Below, one piece after another: positions 1 through 8,829 of a stretch of 64,000 bases of DNA (positions within the stretch are counted from its first letter, which is position 1; the number at the start of each line of letters is the position of its first letter). The DNA lies in UHGV virus genome UHGV-1370579, one strand, 5' to 3'. The stretch is from a virus. The notes beneath the pieces are model-generated. The model searched no databases, was not told where the DNA came from, and saw nothing but the letters and a program-made list of their open reading frames with translations. A program made the translations under genes and the position numbers.

Positions 1-2
1 TA

Positions 3-149
3 TTTCCAAAAGATCATGAACCAGCTAAAGGCATTCGCTATAAGATGATTCATGGTGTAGTTCGTCAAGTACCACGAACTGAGGTAGAAATAGATAAGAC
101 TGGAGAAGCTAAATTCCATTATACTTCTTACCTAAACGAGATACGATAA
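3..149 (+). CDS. C-terminal end of an upstream early gene (partial; product unknown)
   Basis: Open frame from the window edge to TAA at 147-149. Its stop overlaps the next ATG (TAATG). Confidence 0.3.
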   Translation, partial: FPKDHEPAKGIRYKMIHGVVRQVPRTEVEIDKTGEAKFHYTSYLNEIR

Positions 150-355
150 TGAGAATTTCTTTTACAGAAAAGATTATGTGTAGCGGCGTAATGATCATTA
201 CAGCATGGGAGGGTAAACTATGGTGTAATGTATCTGGCCTAAAACCAGAAGATCAAACACCTGAAAACATCCGCAAAATAAAAAGAAAAATGGTGGAATG
301 TGCCCGACTTCCCGGTGCGCCTAGAAATGGTAAACGTTCTGCAACCAAATATTAA
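149..355 (+). CDS. hypothetical early protein (68 aa)
   Basis: ORF track; start overlaps the preceding stop (translational coupling). Confidence 0.35.
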   Translation: MRISFTEKIMCSGVMIITAWEGKLWCNVSGLKPEDQTPENIRKIKRKMVECARLPGAPRNGKRSATKY

Positions 356-356
356 T

Positions 357-433
357 GCTTCGGTAGCTTAGCGATCTAAAGCACTCGGCTGATAACCGAG
401 AGATCGGGGGTTTAAATCCCTCCCGGAGTACCA
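357..433 (+). tRNA. tRNA-Ile (anticodon GAT)
   Basis: Hand-folded cloverleaf. Acceptor GCTTCGG/CCGGAGT with GU pairs, D-stem GCTT/AAGC, anticodon stem CTCGG/CCGAG, loop CTGATAA (U33, GAT, A37), T-arm GGGGG-TTTAAAT-CCCTC, discriminator A plus encoded CCA. Confidence 0.8.
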
Positions 434-529
434 AATTTAGGAATTAAGACTATGCGTCCAGGAAAGTTTAAAAAAGCTAATTGGTCTAAAGAGTACAAAG
501 AATACTTACTTAGTCTAGTAAAACATAAT

Positions 530-605
530 AGTTAGTTGGCAGAGTGGTTATGCACCTCCTTCATACGGAGCGACTACAGTGGTTCAAATCCACTACTAAC
601 TACCA
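530..605 (+). tRNA. tRNA-Met or tRNA-Ile2 (anticodon CAT)
   Basis: Acceptor AGTTAGT/ACTAACT, anticodon loop TTCATAC (CAT), T-arm AGTGG-TTCAAAT-CCACT, A plus CCA end. T5-like phages carry tRNA clusters in this region. Confidence 0.75.
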
Positions 606-642
606 TTAAAAGAGCTAGAGATAGCTAAATATAGGAGCAATT

Positions 643-837
643 ATGTTAACAGTTAAAATAATGTCCACTGATGGTGGTGAGCAGATTCATGTTGGTAAAA
701 GCGTAGGGTTTAATCCCAGAAATAAAAGCATAGCTATTTCTGGAATAGATCAAGCAATCTTCTTAAAAGAAGATGAAGTAGCATACGTTATGAACCAAAC
801 TGGTAAGACAGTTTCTGTATATCGTGGTAAACTATAG
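643..837 (+). CDS. hypothetical early protein (64 aa)
   Basis: ORF track; AGGAG-like RBS (ataggagcaattATG). Confidence 0.4.
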   Translation: MLTVKIMSTDGGEQIHVGKSVGFNPRNKSIAISGIDQAIFLKEDEVAYVMNQTGKTVSVYRGKL

Positions 838-879
838 AGAATAAAGAGCTGAGCCAATTTCTAACATCGGGGAGAGCTA

Positions 880-1248
880 ATGAAAGCATATCAAAATCTT
901 AAGTCTGGCGTAATTAATCTTGTTCATGATAATCAGATTATTCAACTGTACTCTAAAGATGGTGAACTTAAACAAAAAGTTCTGGTTGAGGATCTAGAAG
1001 GTATCACACCACATTTTGACCCAGAATCCTTCCGTGAAGTCAAGGTGGAAGTAGTTCCTCAAATCGAGGGAGGTCAGCACCTAAATGTCAATGTGTTAAG
1101 TCGTGATCAGCTTTTGGATGCACAGAAACATCCTGAAAAATACCCTCAATTAACTATCCGTGTTTCAGGGTATGCTGTACGTTTTAACTCACTGACGCGT
1201 GAACAGCAGAACGACGTTATTAGTCGTACATTTACTCAGGCGATGTAA
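880..1248 (+). CDS. grcA: autonomous glycyl-radical cofactor (GrcA/YfiD-like)
   Basis: C-terminus carries the glycyl-radical fingerprint [29 protein letters not shown]. Also has GGQHLNVNV and [15 protein letters not shown], nearly identical to E. coli GrcA as recalled. Confidence 0.85.
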   Translation: MKAYQNLKSGVINLVHDNQIIQLYSKDGELKQKVLVEDLEGITPHFDPESFREVKVEVVPQIEGGQHLNVNVLSRDQLLDAQKHPEKYPQLTIRVSGYAVRFNSLTREQQNDVISRTFTQAM

Positions 1249-1329
1249 TGGGGCTTGGATACGGTTTCTACGAACTACGTAAGGTAGTCGAGCAAACTCC
1301 ATTTATCTCCCAAGTTTTAGGAGAAATGT

Positions 1330-1644
1330 GTGGATCGAGCATTAAGACGTCATCACCGGCAACGTGTAAAGAACAACCGCAAGAAGTATTGGACAGTCTT
1401 CCCACATGAAGAAAGCCCTAAACGGTTAGGTATTATCACTACTACTCCTTGTATCTGTTCTTGTTGGATGTGCGGGAATCCTCGCAAACACTTTAAGAAT
1501 AGTAAAGCAGGGATGAAAACCTCGGAGATTAGGAAAATGGAAGCAATGATTACGGATATTTCAAATGATGAATTTGATGGCTTCGTAGGATTCGGAGAAG
1601 GAATTAGCTCAGGCTGTTTCGAAGATGAACGCCCCGATCTGTAA
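1330..1644 (+). CDS. hypothetical Cys-rich protein (CICSCWMC motif), GTG start
   Basis: ORF track; AGGAG 8 nt upstream of GTG. Confidence 0.45.
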   Translation: MDRALRRHHRQRVKNNRKKYWTVFPHEESPKRLGIITTTPCICSCWMCGNPRKHFKNSKAGMKTSEIRKMEAMITDISNDEFDGFVGFGEGISSGCFEDERPDL

Positions 1645-1655
1645 TTAATAACAAA

Positions 1656-1690
1656 CCCCAGCTATTGAATAAGTAGTCTGGGGTTTTTCT
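1656..1690 (+). terminator. rho-independent terminator
   Basis: CCCCAG...CTGGGG stem followed by TTTTT. Confidence 0.7.
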
Positions 1691-1765
1691 GTATACAGGT
1701 AGATAATTTATGTATAATAAAATTCATCCACATTAGGTTAATTCAAAAGACTTAATGGAGGTAAT

Positions 1766-2113
1766 ATGAGCCGTACTTATCGTAGACAAACTGGTGATCA
1801 GTGGTGGAAGTCTAAAGCTAATTACACCCAGGGATATACTTTCCTCAAAGCAAGTGGCTACTACATTCGTGTTATTTATGCTAAATCCTGGGATGAGGTA
1901 GAACAGGAAATGGAAGAAGCAACCATTCGTAATGAGAAAAAAGATGGTTATAGCTGGAATTCTGTTAGTAAGAATGTTAAGTGGCATTCTAATAAAATGG
2001 TTCGTCAAGGAAATCGTCAAGAACTCCACCGCGTGATGAAAGATCCAGAAAATTACGACTATAATCGCGATCATGACATGCGTAAGCGTGGATTATGGTG
2101 GTGCTATGATTGA
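1766..2113 (+). CDS. hypothetical protein (115 aa)
   Basis: ORF track; RBS taatggaggtaatATG. Confidence 0.45.
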   Translation: MSRTYRRQTGDQWWKSKANYTQGYTFLKASGYYIRVIYAKSWDEVEQEMEEATIRNEKKDGYSWNSVSKNVKWHSNKMVRQGNRQELHRVMKDPENYDYNRDHDMRKRGLWWCYD

Positions 2114-2627
2114 GAACAAAATGGAAGAATGGAAAATCATCGAGAATTTTCCATCTTATGAGGTTTCTAGCTTAGGTAGGGTTAGAAACTTAAAAACAGG
2201 AAAAATCCGAAAACCAGTAGTCCATCACAGTGGATACTTACAACTAAACCTAGTAAAGGAAGATGGGTCTAAAAAGACTGTGTATATCCATAGGGTAGTG
2301 GCCTTTGCTTTCTGCAATCCTCCTAAAAACTGGAAAGAATTAACTGTCAATCATAAAGATGGAAATAAGGAAAATGTAGAGGCTACTAACCTAGAGTGGA
2401 TTAGTATGTCAGATAATTTAAAACACGCAAGACTTACGGGTTTAAATCCTATAGATGGTGAAATGAACGGTAGGGCTTTATTAACAGCAGAACAGGTTCT
2501 TTGGATACGGAATGTTTATATACCCAGGGACAAGGAATTTGGGCAGAAAGCCCTTGCAGAAAAATTCAATGTTAGCAAAGCCACTATAAGCCATATAATA
2601 ACACGTAGGACTTGGACAGAAATTTAA
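2106..2627 (+). CDS. HNH homing endonuclease with NUMOD4 motif
   Basis: NUMOD4 signature (W..I.NFPSYEVSSLGRVRN) plus HNH_3 (VNHKDGNKENVEATNLEWISMSDN). Start chosen at the internal Met (MIENK) to limit overlap. Confidence 0.8.
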   Translation: MIENKMEEWKIIENFPSYEVSSLGRVRNLKTGKIRKPVVHHSGYLQLNLVKEDGSKKTVYIHRVVAFAFCNPPKNWKELTVNHKDGNKENVEATNLEWISMSDNLKHARLTGLNPIDGEMNGRALLTAEQVLWIRNVYIPRDKEFGQKALAEKFNVSKATISHIITRRTWTEI

Positions 2628-2636
2628 ATAATTCAT

Positions 2637-2665
2637 TTGCTAAACCTCTCTCATCAATTTATAAT
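2637..2665 (+). promoter_or_regulatory. sigma70-type early promoter (TTGCTA-17-TATAAT)
   Basis: Perfect spacing; the spacer and the downstream leader together form a 23-bp palindrome. Confidence 0.6.
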
Positions 2666-2692
2666 ATATTTATAAATTGATGAGAGAGGTTT
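2642..2692. repeat. perfect 23-bp inverted repeat (AAACCTCTCTCATCAATTTATAA / TTATAAATTGATGAGAGAGGTTT) with 5-nt spacer
   Basis: seen directly; overlaps the promoter -10 and the RBS of the next gene. Confidence 0.9.
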
Positions 2693-2695
2693 GAA

Positions 2696-2977
2696 ATGAA
2701 AAATCGCCTAGACTGTGCCATTCATGTTCTTGAACATGATGTTGTGGGAACCTGTATGTCTTACCACGAAGCAGGTCGTTTAATTAAAGAACGTGTGGCA
2801 GATGTGTGTGGATTGAAGATTACTGCTGAGGAAGCTGATGGTCTTTTAGGTCAAGCACTGGAAAAAACCGAGATGTTCCTCTGCGATTCTTGTTCTTGGT
2901 GGTGTGAAGCTCACGAACGTTCTTTCAACGATTATGATGTATGTCGTGATTGTAGTGGGGAGGATGAAGATGAATAA
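2696..2977 (+). CDS. hypothetical Cys-rich acidic protein (93 aa)
   Basis: ORF track; strong RBS GAGAGG. Confidence 0.5.
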   Translation: MKNRLDCAIHVLEHDVVGTCMSYHEAGRLIKERVADVCGLKITAEEADGLLGQALEKTEMFLCDSCSWWCEAHERSFNDYDVCRDCSGEDEDE

Positions 2978-3269
2978 GTTTATTATTGCACTGATGATCT
3001 CCGCAGTTAGTTTCGGTTCTCTGGCATCTACCAAAGTTTCTATGAAAAATGGGAATGTTAGGGTACAACAGAATGGCATTATTACCGAGTATGGTAAAGT
3101 TCGTGATGTTAAGGAACGTAATGGCAAAGTAGAGGTATACACTAACAAAAATTTCTCTACTCCGGCTGTTACTGTTAGCAAACGTGGTGAGATAACTACT
3201 CAACGTACTAATAGCTCTAGTTCTTTTACTTGTCGTTATGATTGCGACTTTGAAGGTGAAGATGAATAA
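2967..3269 (+). CDS. putative secreted/periplasmic protein (signal peptide MNKFIIALMISAVSFGSLAS)
   Basis: Start moved to the ATG after GGAGGatgaag. N-terminal hydrophobic signal-like segment. Confidence 0.5.
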   Translation, partial: KMNKFIIALMISAVSFGSLASTKVSMKNGNVRVQQNGIITEYGKVRDVKERNGKVEVYTNKNFSTPAVTVSKRGEITTQRTNSSSSFTCRYDCDFEGEDE

Positions 3270-3654
3270 TTTAGATCCTAGAATTAAATTTGCAATTACA
3301 GAAATCCAAGATCAAATTGATGAAGACTTCACTATTTGGTCAAGATCTGGTAATGGGGAATACTGCCAGCTTTACAGCATGAAAATGGGTATCTCAATTG
3401 AGCTTAATATCAACTCTGAAGGTAGGGTAGAAGCCCAACCCATGTTCAGTGTTCCAGGCTTCTCTGGGTTTGTTGCGGGTATGAAATTATGCCTACCAAA
3501 TAACCATCTTCATCGAGTTATTTGTCAGCTAGAGACTATTAAGCATTTCTTGCCAGAAGATAATATTAATGACTACTACCATGAAGTTGTAGCAGCTCAT
3601 ATGATGAAAGAACGCAAACGTAGGAGAGAAGAACGTGAAAAGACTAAATATTAA
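3262..3654 (+). CDS. hypothetical protein
   Basis: Start at the ATG following GAAGGTGAAG (same RBS context as the previous junction). A longer ORF from 3238 is possible. Confidence 0.45.
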   Translation: MNNLDPRIKFAITEIQDQIDEDFTIWSRSGNGEYCQLYSMKMGISIELNINSEGRVEAQPMFSVPGFSGFVAGMKLCLPNNHLHRVICQLETIKHFLPEDNINDYYHEVVAAHMMKERKRRREEREKTKY

Positions 3655-3931
3655 TAGCACAGTGCAGATCCCAGCAACTAAGGATATTTTAACATTCCTA
3701 CGTAGTGAGAATGCCCAGTTTTGGCATGACTATATCCAGAAAAATAAAAATAACCCAGATGTAGTTGCCTTTGCCAAAAAACGTATCGAAGAATATAAAG
3801 ATCCAGAGATTAAAGATGGGATGATCACTATGCAATTGTGGGTAGCCATGAATACGTTTGGACCTACTATGAGTCTAGGATTTACTCCACTGTTTACAAA
3901 TATTCTAATTAATGAAAAGGATCTGAAATGA
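3635..3931 (+). CDS. hypothetical protein (98 aa)
   Basis: ORF track. Confidence 0.45.
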   Translation: MKRLNINSTVQIPATKDILTFLRSENAQFWHDYIQKNKNNPDVVAFAKKRIEEYKDPEIKDGMITMQLWVAMNTFGPTMSLGFTPLFTNILINEKDLK

Positions 3932-4212
3932 TTATCTCTCCCTTTGCTCTTTGGTTCGTCATTGGATCCATAGTAGCTATTTATAGCTTGGTTGATGATC
4001 TGTATATTTCTAAGAACAAAGATGTAATATTATATGTTATACATAAAACCCGACCGTTAGACCTACCACCTCTTGATGATAAAACATTACTCAGATGTGC
4101 TAGATCTGCGATATTTATTATGGATATTCTTCTAGGCCCAACATCTGTGTTTTTCTTTTATAGAAAAACTCGTAATATGAGAAAGTTTAAAGCTGATATG
4201 CGGAATATTTAA
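3928..4212 (+). CDS. small membrane protein
   Basis: ORF track; hydrophobic N-terminus. Confidence 0.4.
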   Translation: MIISPFALWFVIGSIVAIYSLVDDLYISKNKDVILYVIHKTRPLDLPPLDDKTLLRCARSAIFIMDILLGPTSVFFFYRKTRNMRKFKADMRNI

Positions 4213-4322
4213 AGAACTCGCGTAGGACCGAGTTGCGTCACCTGCAACTGTTACGGATAAGGGAGTCGTGCCCCTTAGTGCGGTAAGTGGTGAGGTGGCT
4301 GCTAGCCCTAACTGGAGATAAT

Positions 4323-4622
4323 ATGACTATATTACTAATTCTTGTTACAACTTGGTTTTTAATCGGTGCTGGATACGCGATAGCTATTATTAGACATTTG
4401 GACGAACATTCTGCTGAATGGTTTGTTAAGTATCTACGTATTGATGGTCAAGAACATGAGTTTAAAGATGAAAGACAGAAAAAAGTAGTAAATAATATGA
4501 CAGCCAAAGAATGCTTGTTCTACATGCGTATTGTAGGGTTCTTTGGACTATTAGTTGCTGACATCAAATTGTGGAGAAATGCAGGGGTACTGCGTAAAGC
4601 TAGAGAAACTAATATTACATAA
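4323..4622 (+). CDS. small membrane protein
   Basis: ORF track (4287); start likely MTILLILV after GGAGATAAT. Confidence 0.4.
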   Translation: MTILLILVTTWFLIGAGYAIAIIRHLDEHSAEWFVKYLRIDGQEHEFKDERQKKVVNNMTAKECLFYMRIVGFFGLLVADIKLWRNAGVLRKARETNIT

Positions 4623-4666
4623 GATTGATACTAAATCAACTTACTAGCAAAAGCAAATAATGACAA

Positions 4667-4703
4667 AGCCCAGCCTGCACTTTTGCGACTGGGCTATTTT
4701 TAT
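4667..4703 (+). terminator. rho-independent terminator
   Basis: AGCCCAG...CTGGGCT stem plus T-run. Confidence 0.7.
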
Positions 4704-4716
4704 AATAAAATTTTAG

Positions 4717-4745
4717 TTGCTTAGATGCCCAAACTTTTGTATAAT
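4717..4745 (+). promoter_or_regulatory. early promoter TTGCTT-17-TATAAT
   Basis: consensus spacing. Confidence 0.6.
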
Positions 4746-4776
4746 ATGTTTATAGATTGAGGCAAGAGGATTAAAT

Positions 4777-5475
4777 ATGAGGATTATTTCTAAGTTCGCC
4801 GATGTGTATGATTTGCAGAACAGTTTGTTCGACCCAGATCGTGTGTGGGAACGTAAAACTGAGGAGTTACTGGTTAAAGTAACCGATGATGCAGAAAAGA
4901 ACATTGTGCATACTCGCCAGGTATTTCGTGATGGTTCGCTATCTTTCCGTGGTGATTTCGAATACTTCGTAAACCCCCTATTTGTTGCAGGTGAAGTTTA
5001 CTGGTTACACGAGCTGTACTGCTGGCATCCAGCATTTAGCTTCAAAACGTTTAATCTCGACACTATGTTCGATAAAATGGAAGAGATGGGATTACATGCT
5101 CGCTCTTACTTAATGGATAAGAGTCGTGGAGATGTTCGTGAAACAATGCGTGATCTGCTAGCTGAAGCAAAACCTAAAGCAGAACGTATCTTATCCGAAC
5201 TGCGTGTACCGATTGCATATGTGAAAGGTATTAAAAAGAACGATAACGATGATGTTCGTAACTTCGTAATTCAGACTAACATTCGTTTCCATCAGTCCGG
5301 TATTCCGTGGCAGGAAATTGAAAGTAACTTATACCGTTTACACCAAGTTCTCGAACAGTATATCTTCGGTGTACTAGGAACTGGTGAGCCTGATATGATT
5401 AAAGTATCAGATAAAGACAGGTTAGCAGCGCATGGATTTGATACAAAAACTTCTTTCAGGAATATGGCGCGGTAA
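4777..5475 (+). CDS. hypothetical protein (232 aa)
   Basis: ORF track. Confidence 0.55.
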   Translation: MRIISKFADVYDLQNSLFDPDRVWERKTEELLVKVTDDAEKNIVHTRQVFRDGSLSFRGDFEYFVNPLFVAGEVYWLHELYCWHPAFSFKTFNLDTMFDKMEEMGLHARSYLMDKSRGDVRETMRDLLAEAKPKAERILSELRVPIAYVKGIKKNDNDDVRNFVIQTNIRFHQSGIPWQEIESNLYRLHQVLEQYIFGVLGTGEPDMIKVSDKDRLAAHGFDTKTSFRNMAR

Positions 5476-5881
5476 GTGGTATATCCTGGGAGCAGGTCTA
5501 GCGATAGGCATCGGGTTCGGTGCTTATCACTTAATAAATAAAGTGGAGACTTTGGCGGGAGATCTTGCGGTAGCTACTAAAAAGATCTCTTCTCTAGAGA
5601 CTTCCCTTAACAAGGTGAAAGCTGAGAGTGAACTTCGTGAGACTCGTATGAATCAGTATTTCACAATGAATAATGTTTCCCAAGCAGATCTAGATAAGAA
5701 AATTAGTCAGCTTGATAAAGCACTTAGTCGTCAAGACATTATAGCTGCAAAGCCTGGATTGGTAACATTAATTGCTAAAAAGCAGAGTAAGGAGTTCGAG
5801 GAAAGATTAGCATGTTTAACTGGAAACTTGGAATACTGCTCGCAGCCGCAATCACAATCACAGGCTGTGCACAAGAAATAA
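5432..5881 (+). CDS. putative i-spanin (Rz-like: N-terminal TM plus coiled coil)
   Basis: TM helix WYILGAGLAIGIGFGAY followed by coiled-coil-like sequence. The next gene is embedded out of frame. Confidence 0.55.
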   Translation: MDLIQKLLSGIWRGKWYILGAGLAIGIGFGAYHLINKVETLAGDLAVATKKISSLETSLNKVKAESELRETRMNQYFTMNNVSQADLDKKISQLDKALSRQDIIAAKPGLVTLIAKKQSKEFEERLACLTGNLEYCSQPQSQSQAVHKK

Positions 5882-6165
5882 AGACAGAATCTACACATGA
5901 GCTACCAACAGCTCATGTAGACTGGCCCAAAGGACTTCAACCTTGTAGCTTTGACTTTAAGTTTGAAAAGAAATTAGCTACAAATGGAGAAGATGGTGTA
6001 GTAGTTGTTGTACCATATAAAGATTGGAATATGTTGGCAAAATGCCGTGAGGCAGAATATTCATATATTTCACGGCTGACAAGTATGGTTTGCTTCTATC
6101 GCCAAGATTTACAAGAAAAACGTTGCTTAGTTTACTATCCACCCATTAACAATAGGAAAGATTAA
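5812..6165 (+). CDS. putative o-spanin (Rz1-like outer-membrane lipoprotein)
   Basis: Lipobox LAAAITITGC; starts inside the 3' end of the preceding gene in another frame. Confidence 0.55.
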   Translation: MFNWKLGILLAAAITITGCAQEIKTESTHELPTAHVDWPKGLQPCSFDFKFEKKLATNGEDGVVVVVPYKDWNMLAKCREAEYSYISRLTSMVCFYRQDLQEKRCLVYYPPINNRKD

Positions 6166-6917
6166 TGTCAGTATTAGTAGGTCTGCATGGTGAGGCTGGT
6201 TCTGGAAAAGACACTGTTGCAAAATTAATTATCGATTGGTGTAATGACACGTATCCAACGTGTTTACCCCGTCGTTACAGTTTTGCTAAGCCCGTTTATG
6301 AACTTGCATCCGTAATCCTCGGTGTAACTCCAGAGTTTCTAGGAGAGCGCAGGGGGAAAGAGATTGACCAATGGTTTACGGTCACACAATCTCAATTGGA
6401 GCGAGCTAGAGATGTATGGTTTAAATACGGTATCGATAAGTTTGAAGACTTCTCGTACGTTTGGCCAATTTTTGAGGAAAAATATCTTAATCCTCAACAA
6501 CTTATCTCAGAGAATAAAGAAGACGGACTTTATAGTTTGTTTATTTCTCCGAGAAAAATGTTACAGCTCGTAGGAACAGAGCTAGGAAGGCAGCTGGTGC
6601 ATGAACGCATTTGGCTCATAATTCTGGAGCAATCCATCGCTAAAGACGACCCAGATGTCGCCGTAATAACAGATGTTAGATTCCCCAATGAAGGAGAGTT
6701 ACTCAGAGAAACAAACCATTTAGATATGGATTCTTTGATAGTAAATGTAGTACCCGCTGAGCAGAAGTTCACTATTAAATCAGATCATCCATCTGAAAGT
6801 GGTATTCCTGCAAAATATATCACTCACGAATTAGTTAATAAATTCGATGGTATCAATAACCTTAAACTAGAAGTGTATAACTTCTGTGACTTAGAGCTAG
6901 AACCACTAGTTGGATAA
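6165..6917 (+). CDS. dnk: deoxynucleoside monophosphate kinase
   Basis: P-loop GEAGSGKDT; 250 aa, matching the T5 dNMP kinase as recalled. Confidence 0.8.
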   Translation: MSVLVGLHGEAGSGKDTVAKLIIDWCNDTYPTCLPRRYSFAKPVYELASVILGVTPEFLGERRGKEIDQWFTVTQSQLERARDVWFKYGIDKFEDFSYVWPIFEEKYLNPQQLISENKEDGLYSLFISPRKMLQLVGTELGRQLVHERIWLIILEQSIAKDDPDVAVITDVRFPNEGELLRETNHLDMDSLIVNVVPAEQKFTIKSDHPSESGIPAKYITHELVNKFDGINNLKLEVYNFCDLELEPLVG

Positions 6918-6929
6918 TCAAGGATCGCT

Positions 6930-7529
6930 ATGACTAATAAAAAAGAAGAAAAGACTAACCTGTTTCACTCCATTCGCCAATCTAACGAGTATACCTTTTT
7001 CTTTGATGAAGAACTTGGTCCGCCGGATGAATACCGTGATTTATCAATGGTACTTATGCAGGCAAATGAGGATGACGAAATTAATCTGATGATTAATGGC
7101 CCGGGTGGTTATGTTGATACTGCCGCACAGTTATCTAACTTAATTGCTAATTGCCGTGGAACAGTTATAGGACATCTGATTGGTCCTAGTGCTTCTGCTT
7201 ACTGCACAATTTTCCTATCCTGTCATGGATGGGTAGTACATCCACATGCTACGTTAATGGGACACACGTTCTCTGGCGGATTCTGTGAGAAGGGCCAAGA
7301 AATCAAGAAAGCCTATGAATCTTACAACAAGTTCGTAGAAGATATGATGCTAGATGTCTACTATCCGTTCTTCTCTATAGACGAAATCGACGAGATGGTA
7401 AAAGACAACAAAAATATCTATCTAGATAGCAAAGAAATCCATAAGCGTATTGAAATCTTGGCAAAATATCGATCTGAGCAATATAATAAAGCCCAGTTAC
7501 CTCAATCCGAGGAGCATAACGAAGAGTAA
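6930..7529 (+). CDS. ClpP-like (S14) protease subunit
   Basis: NGPGGYV motif resembling the ClpP TSPGG; equivalent T5 position. Confidence 0.55.
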   Translation: MTNKKEEKTNLFHSIRQSNEYTFFFDEELGPPDEYRDLSMVLMQANEDDEINLMINGPGGYVDTAAQLSNLIANCRGTVIGHLIGPSASAYCTIFLSCHGWVVHPHATLMGHTFSGGFCEKGQEIKKAYESYNKFVEDMMLDVYYPFFSIDEIDEMVKDNKNIYLDSKEIHKRIEILAKYRSEQYNKAQLPQSEEHNEE

Positions 7530-7539
7530 GTAATTTTAA

Positions 7540-7570
7540 GCCAGGGTTTAACGACCCTGGCTTTTCTTTT
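7540..7570 (+). terminator. rho-independent terminator
   Basis: GCCAGGG...CCCTGGC plus TTTTCTTTT. Confidence 0.75.
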
Positions 7571-7632
7571 ATCTAAAATTCTTCTTGACAACGACAAAAT
7601 TTTATGCTCCAGAAGTGATCTTTAAAAACACA

Positions 7633-7661
7633 TTGTAATTTTCCTCCAAAATTAGTATAAT
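7633..7661 (+). promoter_or_regulatory. promoter TTGTAA-17-TATAAT
   Basis: spacing and consensus. Confidence 0.5.
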
Positions 7662-7685
7662 GGTACTGGTTAGAGGAGGTTACAA

Positions 7686-8342
7686 TTGGAAAAGTTCTTA
7701 CAATTATTAACGGTACTGCTCCAAGAAGCGAAAGATCCAGCATCGCTTCTTAAACGTCTGCTAACTATCTTAGTTGCTGTCATTATTTTCTTATTTGTTA
7801 GTAATACTAGTGAGGTGATGTCATTCTTAAAGACTTTCTCCACGTCTGCAGTTTTACAAGATTTACAAACCCAGAGGATAGATAACTTCCCTAATGTGGC
7901 GAGGGAAAAGAGCATGGTTCTCTTCTCTCAGACGGGTGCAGATGCTGTTTTTGTAGTCAAGTATAAACCAGATGCTATCAATGATTATTCCAATATTATT
8001 GCATGGGAAAGTAATGCGCAATTAGATAGGGCTGACTTGGCCGATAAAGCGGTAAATAAAACGTCTGAATTATACAGACGTCATTTAGAGGGCTTTAACT
8101 ACGTATCGGATTTAAGTGTAAGAGTAAATAAATATATGGGGTTAAATATACCTGCGTTTAAAAACGTTACTTTTAATTACATATACACTTGTCCATATTT
8201 CAATCTAAAAAATATCTATGCTGGGTACATTGGTATTGCTTGGAAAGATAATCCAGTAGATACAGCTGATTCTGAACAGTTCAAGGAATATTTAGCAAAG
8301 CTCTGTTCCCCACAACAGAGATCTTTAGGTAGGTCAATATGA
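7686..8342 (+). CDS. hol: holin (218 aa, TTG start)
   Basis: AGGAGG then TTG. Same length as the T5 holin and immediately upstream of the endolysin; hydrophobic segments. Confidence 0.6.
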   Translation: MEKFLQLLTVLLQEAKDPASLLKRLLTILVAVIIFLFVSNTSEVMSFLKTFSTSAVLQDLQTQRIDNFPNVAREKSMVLFSQTGADAVFVVKYKPDAINDYSNIIAWESNAQLDRADLADKAVNKTSELYRRHLEGFNYVSDLSVRVNKYMGLNIPAFKNVTFNYIYTCPYFNLKNIYAGYIGIAWKDNPVDTADSEQFKEYLAKLCSPQQRSLGRSI

Positions 8343-8752
8343 GTTTTAAATTTGGTAAAAATAGCGAAAAACAATTAGCTACCGTTAAGCCCGAGCTACA
8401 AAAAGTAGCTCGTAGGGCTTTAGAATTATCTCCGTATGATTTCACAATCGTGCAGGGTATTCGTACAGTAGCACAAAGTGCCCAGAATATTGCTAATGGT
8501 ACTTCATTTTTAAAAGATCCTAGTAAAAGCAAACATATTACTGGGGATGCTATTGATTTTGCTCCATATATTAATGGCAAAATTGATTGGAATGACTTAG
8601 AAGCATTTTGGGCAGTTAAAAAGGCTTTTGAACAAGCTGGTAAAGAGCTAGGCATTAAACTTCGTTTTGGTGCTGATTGGAATGCTTCGGGAGACTATCA
8701 CGATGAAATAAAACGTGGTACCTATGATGGCGGTCATGTCGAACTAGTTTAA
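8339..8752 (+). CDS. lys: endolysin, L-alanyl-D-glutamate peptidase (M15)
   Basis: 137 aa; H..D metal motif (HITGDAIDF ... DGGHVE); matches the T5 lys size and position. Confidence 0.8.
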   Translation: MSFKFGKNSEKQLATVKPELQKVARRALELSPYDFTIVQGIRTVAQSAQNIANGTSFLKDPSKSKHITGDAIDFAPYINGKIDWNDLEAFWAVKKAFEQAGKELGIKLRFGADWNASGDYHDEIKRGTYDGGHVELV

Positions 8753-8763
8753 TTAATAACTTA

Positions 8764-8787
8764 GGCGGGAATATTCCCGCCTTTTTA
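8764..8787 (+). terminator. rho-independent terminator
   Basis: GGCGGGA-atat-TCCCGCC plus TTTTT. Confidence 0.8.
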
Positions 8788-8829
8788 GGCAAAGGGGGCT
8801 TTAATAATTTTTGAAGATAGGAGAAAGCC

